64,000 nt of DNA from Orbicella franksi (lineage: Eukaryota). The notes beneath the pieces are model-generated. The model ran no database searches and was not told the origin of the DNA. It was given only the letters and a program-made list of their open reading frames with translations. Each line of letters opens with the position of its first letter. Within the stretch, counting starts at the first letter, position 1. The stretch is from NCBI GenBank assembly GCA_964199315.1, contig OZ116699.1, positions 29,450,001 through 29,514,000 of the forward strand. Reading direction: 5' to 3'. Of the stretch, positions 55,401-61,400 are shown one piece after another. Position numbers and translations under genes: made by a program.

Positions 55401-58400
55401 GCTGCCAGCCAAACTTATTAAATTACGATTTCTGTAAGCCTGTTTCACGGATATTTTTAGACGATTGTAAGGCTACGCAAACGCTAAACCATACAAACAG
55501 AGGACGGTTGCTTTTGGAACTCAACCAACTCAGCCCTTCAAGTGATGTTATTTTAACTGTTCACTTACACATTCGACGCGGTCTTCTCGTTTTTATTTTC
55601 CTTCTGCGAGTCCAGTGGCCATGGTATCTTACCCGGACCGTCCTTCGCCTTCTCCTTACTCGCAGGAAACGACCGTGATATCTTATGCGATATTTTCGGC
55701 GACGAATAACCGGCTTCCACTTGCGCCCTAGCATCATGTACAGCCGTCTCTTCATCATCATCATACGCGCCCAGACTCGTCTGAACTTAATCATCAACAG
55801 ATTCGCCTTGACTCGCAGACGTTGCAACCGTCGTCGATATTTTAAATACCAGCGACCTCTACGCTTCACAATAGGTTTCCATTTGCTTCCAAACCGGATG
55901 AACCAACTTCCGCGTTGTTTTTTAGCTCGACGCCATCGTTTCATGTAGTATATTTTCACATGTCGCCCGTTTCTGTTTAGTTTGTATCTCTTTCTGTGAA
56001 TCGTCAGGTACCATGTTCTCCCTCCTTTTCTCAAGCGTCGGTAACGTCCTTTGAAATAGACTCTTTTGCTAGCTGATTGAGTGAAAGACAAGTGATATCA
56101 AGTAAGACAACGATACTGCCGCTAGTACCGTCAGCTGCTAAATCCTCTACTGCTTTATCGCAATTTCGGAAATTAAATAATCAGTCTGACTTAGCAGGCT
56201 CCCAGTACAATTGCTGCAGTATTTTAGCAGCGTTAAGGGACGTATGCACAAAATATCAACATAATATTTATTATACCTAGATAAATTAGACGTAGTAGAT
56301 ATCATTATAACATATTCTCACTTTTGATGTATTATTTTTAAGCCTTTTGTATTTTTTAAATTTGTTTGTGTTGACTAATTTTATCATGAGCGTTTGGCTC
56401 GAATGAATAGGCAACTACCCCGTGTCACGACTTTAAATAAATTATTACTATTACTACTGGGTGAGTCTATTAATTCCCATGTACATATCTTAGTCAAACA
56501 TTGGCTAAACCTCGAATGCTCTTGTTACAAGAGTTTATATTATTCAGCATTAACTGCTCTGGAATCTTAAAATAATGGGTTGAGAAGATAAATCATTTTA
56601 ATTGTGACAATTAACACAATTGCGTCAAAAAATAATTGGGCCATTAGTATTGTTTGAAAAAGCCTTTGCTTCACTTAATGATTGACTTTCGGTTTAAAGG
56701 TACTTTATCCTGCCCCTGTTCATAATGTATAGCTCACAATAAATACTATTGTTTGCTCTGTTTGCTGAGAAGGGCTTTGACAAGGAATCAACAAACTCTC
56801 TAATTCTTCGGGTTGACTTTAGCTATGTGGCTGGCCACATCGCCGCTTTAATAATCATTTCAATCCAGTGTCAATTATAAACGAATGAAGGAAGCCCTAC
56901 TCAACAAAGTTGAGGGTAAAAATCCTCATCTCATAGACAAAGGTATATGTGGCTAGGATAAGGGTGGGGGGGGGGGGGGATGGGGAAAACAAAGTAGGAG
57001 ACGATCCCTCTATGCGGTCAAGTCCAAAACCACATGGCATGGATACACCGCCTAGAGGGTTCCCAGAATGTTCCAATATGTTGCAAACCCTATCCCCCAC
57101 CCACCCCTAGCCAACATAGCTGGTTAAGTTTAAACATTAACAGAGGGCAGCATAATTTTCATTAATGTTCATTGTCTGGACAATAAATAATTTAACCAAC
57201 ACTCTAAATTCAAGTGATTGGTTCAGTTCTTCGTCATGGCAAAAGATCATCGGCTCCTCAAATATCATGAACTGGTCGTTTAAATTTGATAACAAAAGAA
57301 AATAAGGAAATTATCACCACAGGGAATTACAAAAACACTTACGTCTTCGTCGACGAAGTATTCTCCTTCGTCTTCTTCTTCGTCGCCTCACTCGACGAGC
57401 TGAAGAGGTTTATTTTTGACAAAAACATATATATGAGAAAGTGAAATATTAAAATGACGGGAGCAATGAATGCCAGGGTTTCCATCTCAGTAACATTGTC
57501 ATTATGAGATATCAAGTAAATTAAAGAACTCATAATACCAAAACTAGACATTATTGAGTTTGCCGAAAAAATACAACAAAAAGCGACCCCCAGTATGAAA
57601 GCTTATAATTTTAAAAGAGGAAAACTTCTTTGAATAAACCTGTGGTTCTGTTTTAAAGAAAAATAAAAAGTACTGTTAGTCGACGTTTCGATGCATCAAA
57701 CTCAACTCAACAACTTTGACTTCAGCATTAACGACCTCAATCTTGAGAATGATGCTTGATGCATCGAAACCTCGATTGTCATTGCTTTTAAACTTTCTTG
57801 TCAAATGCTTTAACAAGCAACTCATCATTCATTGTGTTTTTAGACATGGAAATGCGAGGACCCGCTCACAACCAGCACTACTGTTTTTCGGCTTTTAACG
57901 TTACGGCCGTATTTGGTTAGGTCAGGGTTTAAAATATTTCTTTTGAAATGAAGTATTCGTATCTGTTTTTGCATATAACCTTTTTACAAAACAGATGTTT
58001 CGGTTGCAAAACTATTGTTAGGCATACTAGTATCTTGATGGTCCAGTTGGATACCTTCATCTTTTTCAAAAGAAGGGGGATAAACCTTCAATATATTAGA
58101 AAACGAACTCTTAAAGCAGAATACCTCTGTAAAAGCGAATGCTGTAATTGTTTTCAGTATTATTTCATGTCTAGCTAAACGCTGTCGCTTTCTCTTGAAT
58201 TACGTGACATTTTTAGGCCTTTTTACAGTACGTAACATTTAAATAAAATACGTACGTCTCCGTCTTCGTCTTCTTCTACGTCGCCGTCGTCCTCTTCNNN
58301 NNNNNNNNNNNNNNNNNNNNNNNNNNNNNNNNNNNNNNNNNNNNNNNNNNNNNNNNNNNNNNNNNNNNNNNNNNNNNNNNNNNNNNNNNNNNNNNNNNNN

Positions 58401-61400
58401 NNNNNNNNNNNNNNNNNNNNNNNNNNNNNNNNNNNNNNNNNNNNNNNNNNNNNNNNNNNNNNNNNNNNNNNNNNNNNNNNNNNNNNNNNNNNNNCTTCTC
58501 ACTCGCCGCCTCTTCCTTCTCGTTCTTCTCCTCCTCGCTGTGATAAAAATGACACCAAAGTGACATTTCATAACATAAGCCGCGCAAATTTTCGGGAACT
58601 TACACCTGGTGAGAACACTGAGGATGCTGGCGGCAATTTATTTTTCAGACGGAATCTTTGTGTAACTTTGGTGATTTCACCAAAAAGAGATAAGGGAAAT
58701 GTACTTTGTACTTTTTTTTCAAACAAGAAGAAAACGTAGAGGTAACAACAGACCACTGGCAATCAAAAAAGCGAATTCACAGCCGTAAACCAGATCAGAT
58801 TGTCCTTTTTTTAGGAAATGACGGCAAGGTTTTGTATGTTGACATCCTTTCAGAAAACACCCTATAAGAAAGCGAATGCTCAATCCTGTACTTCTATTAA
58901 ACAATTAGATTATGAGCTCGAGATTTACGAGGGTGCAGACTATAGCACTATTCTGAAACTTTCATTACATCTTATATGTGGATATCAGTGTGATAAAGCC
59001 GTGACTTAAAAGTCAAATGAACCAAAATTTAGACATCTTATCTTCAGCCATTTTGTAGCGAAATGTTTAAAAAAAAAACATGTAAAAAGGAGCTTATGCG
59101 GAAATTTTTTCTTTCTGAAACGTGAAAAGGAGTAAAAAAGTTAAAAGTACGAAGACAGCGGATGGCTTCACGAAAACGTTTCCAAAATGACCGCGCACTT
59201 TAATGGAAGGAATGGAACTGAGACTCTGCTTTGTGACGTCACTGTTGTCTTGAACATTGCTGCGTTTCTGCGTCAGTGAGTCTTTCGTGGGGAAGGTTTT
59301 GGATCTAAATACAAGCCTTATTTTACTCTAGAAATGGCCGAGGCTTTCGCCCGCTTTCGGCAGGCATTATTCGCTTGTTTTTTGTTGCCGGCTTGCAACG
59401 TTTCATAGTGAAGTTAAAAATCGTCGGTACCGCGTCTTTCTTGACTACAAGTTGACGAAGCTTGAAAGAGGGTCCCAACAAACTCCTTACTACAAGATTT
59501 TGCTCAAAGCTGTCTTTGGTAAAGTGTTTTACACAAACGTGCGCATGTTTCGAGGGCACGAAGCATTCTCTTTTCATTTTGATAAGCCATTAATTATCTC
59601 TTAAGTTTTGGGTCCTGGGGGAACTTGAAAGTGTTAACTTTTGATTTTGAGTGGTTTTCCTCTGAAGTTCACTGTGAACTTCAAACCAAAACAGTTTCAA
59701 ATTTCCCGCATTTCTTGAGCTCACCAATAGTGACGTCACAAGTTTTATTTCCAACAATTATCCGACAATTTTCCCGAGCACTCTACGATTATGAAGAATA
59801 AAAAACAATGATTTTAACATTCCAATATCTCCGCAATGCTTCGTCCAATTCGTTTGAAACTTCAGAATATGTTTATTTCATACTCAATGAACACATTGAA
59901 TTCAAATGAAAAAAAAAATGTCTAAGTTTTGGTTCATTTGACCTTTAAAATGATACCTGTGAAGTGATATGATATCATTTCACTGCAGCGAAATGATATC
60001 ATACCACTTCGCGGTTGAATTGTCCAATCAAATAGACTGTAATAAACTGGTTGGACCAATCAGGTAGCAAGTTATATTTTAGCTGGCGCCAAATTTGGCG
60101 GGAAGAATTTCTCTGCAGTTTTATCCGCGAAATGGCCGCTTCAAGATTTGTGAGCGTTTCCTGTGAAGATATATCTCAGTTTCTCGAAGAGAACGAAAAC
60201 AAGAACACGGCAAGAAAAACCTCTCAAGATGTAGCGTTCTTCAAGACCTTTTGACCGAATGAGAACGCAAATTTACAGGACCATTGTAAGAGAAAGATAC
60301 GCTTCAGCTTGCCCTCTTTCTTGTATGTATTCACTGATATTAAAGGCAACTTTCTTGTACTTTAACTTGGTGGCTTGATATTTTTTAAGCATGTAATATG
60401 CTTACTCGCTCGAAGACTCGCTCGTTCGCGATATGGTATTACAAACGCGTGAACAAAAACGATACCAGGCTCTTAATATGTATTGTTACATGGCTTAAGT
60501 TTGTAACCGATATAACGCGCTCTCCGATTGGCTAGTTCTAGGGCATTATTCCCCCGTAATGCCCACGGGCCGATTACGGGCCTGCAAAACCAAAGCAAAA
60601 CGCCATATAATAAACAACTTATTAACCTCGAACGTTTGGTATTTGCGGGAAAATCTCAAACCTCGCCCTTGCAGTATTAATCTCGCTATTGCTCGGTCAA
60701 TTCGGCAAGGTCTCGATTTGAAACTTTGCTGTAAAGACCTCAATCTCGGATAATAAGGAGTTAAAAATCTATATTTATCTTACCTCTTTTGGGTCTACCG
60801 TATCGACCTCGATATCGCACTCTGAAACGTCTACCTTTCCTCTTTACCACCAATCGCTTACTGCGGTATCGGATGGTATACCGGGGACGTCGTTTCACGC
60901 GCAACCAGCGTCGTTTAAAGTAGATAGAGTATCTTCGTCCAATACACTTAAACGGTCGCCACTTCCCTCGGAAACGGATTCTGAAAGTGCGCGAAGTCCT
61001 AGGCAGGCGGATGTAACGTTTGTTTCTGCGTATCGTCCACTGCCGTCCGCGGCGATAGATACGTTGCCATGTTCCAATGTAGACATACCAGATGTTTCGG
61101 ATACGTTTCAGGGGTCTAAATCTTCCACCATACTTGATCCTCATTCTTCTTCCACCTCGGCGGATTCTGTATCTTATTCCTTTCACTTTAATAACAAATC
61201 GACTCCTCCAACGTCTTAAAACACGTACGCGTCCCTTGAAACGGATTCCTCTTCGTCTCCAGCCTAACAAAAACAACCACGAGTAGATGAAATGATGATT
61301 GTGCAATGGCAAAACATTCGCGTTCCATATTCTTCAACGAGACCATATTATCATCGACATTACTTTCCAGATCTACACTGTCACTTGTTGCTTCGTTTTT

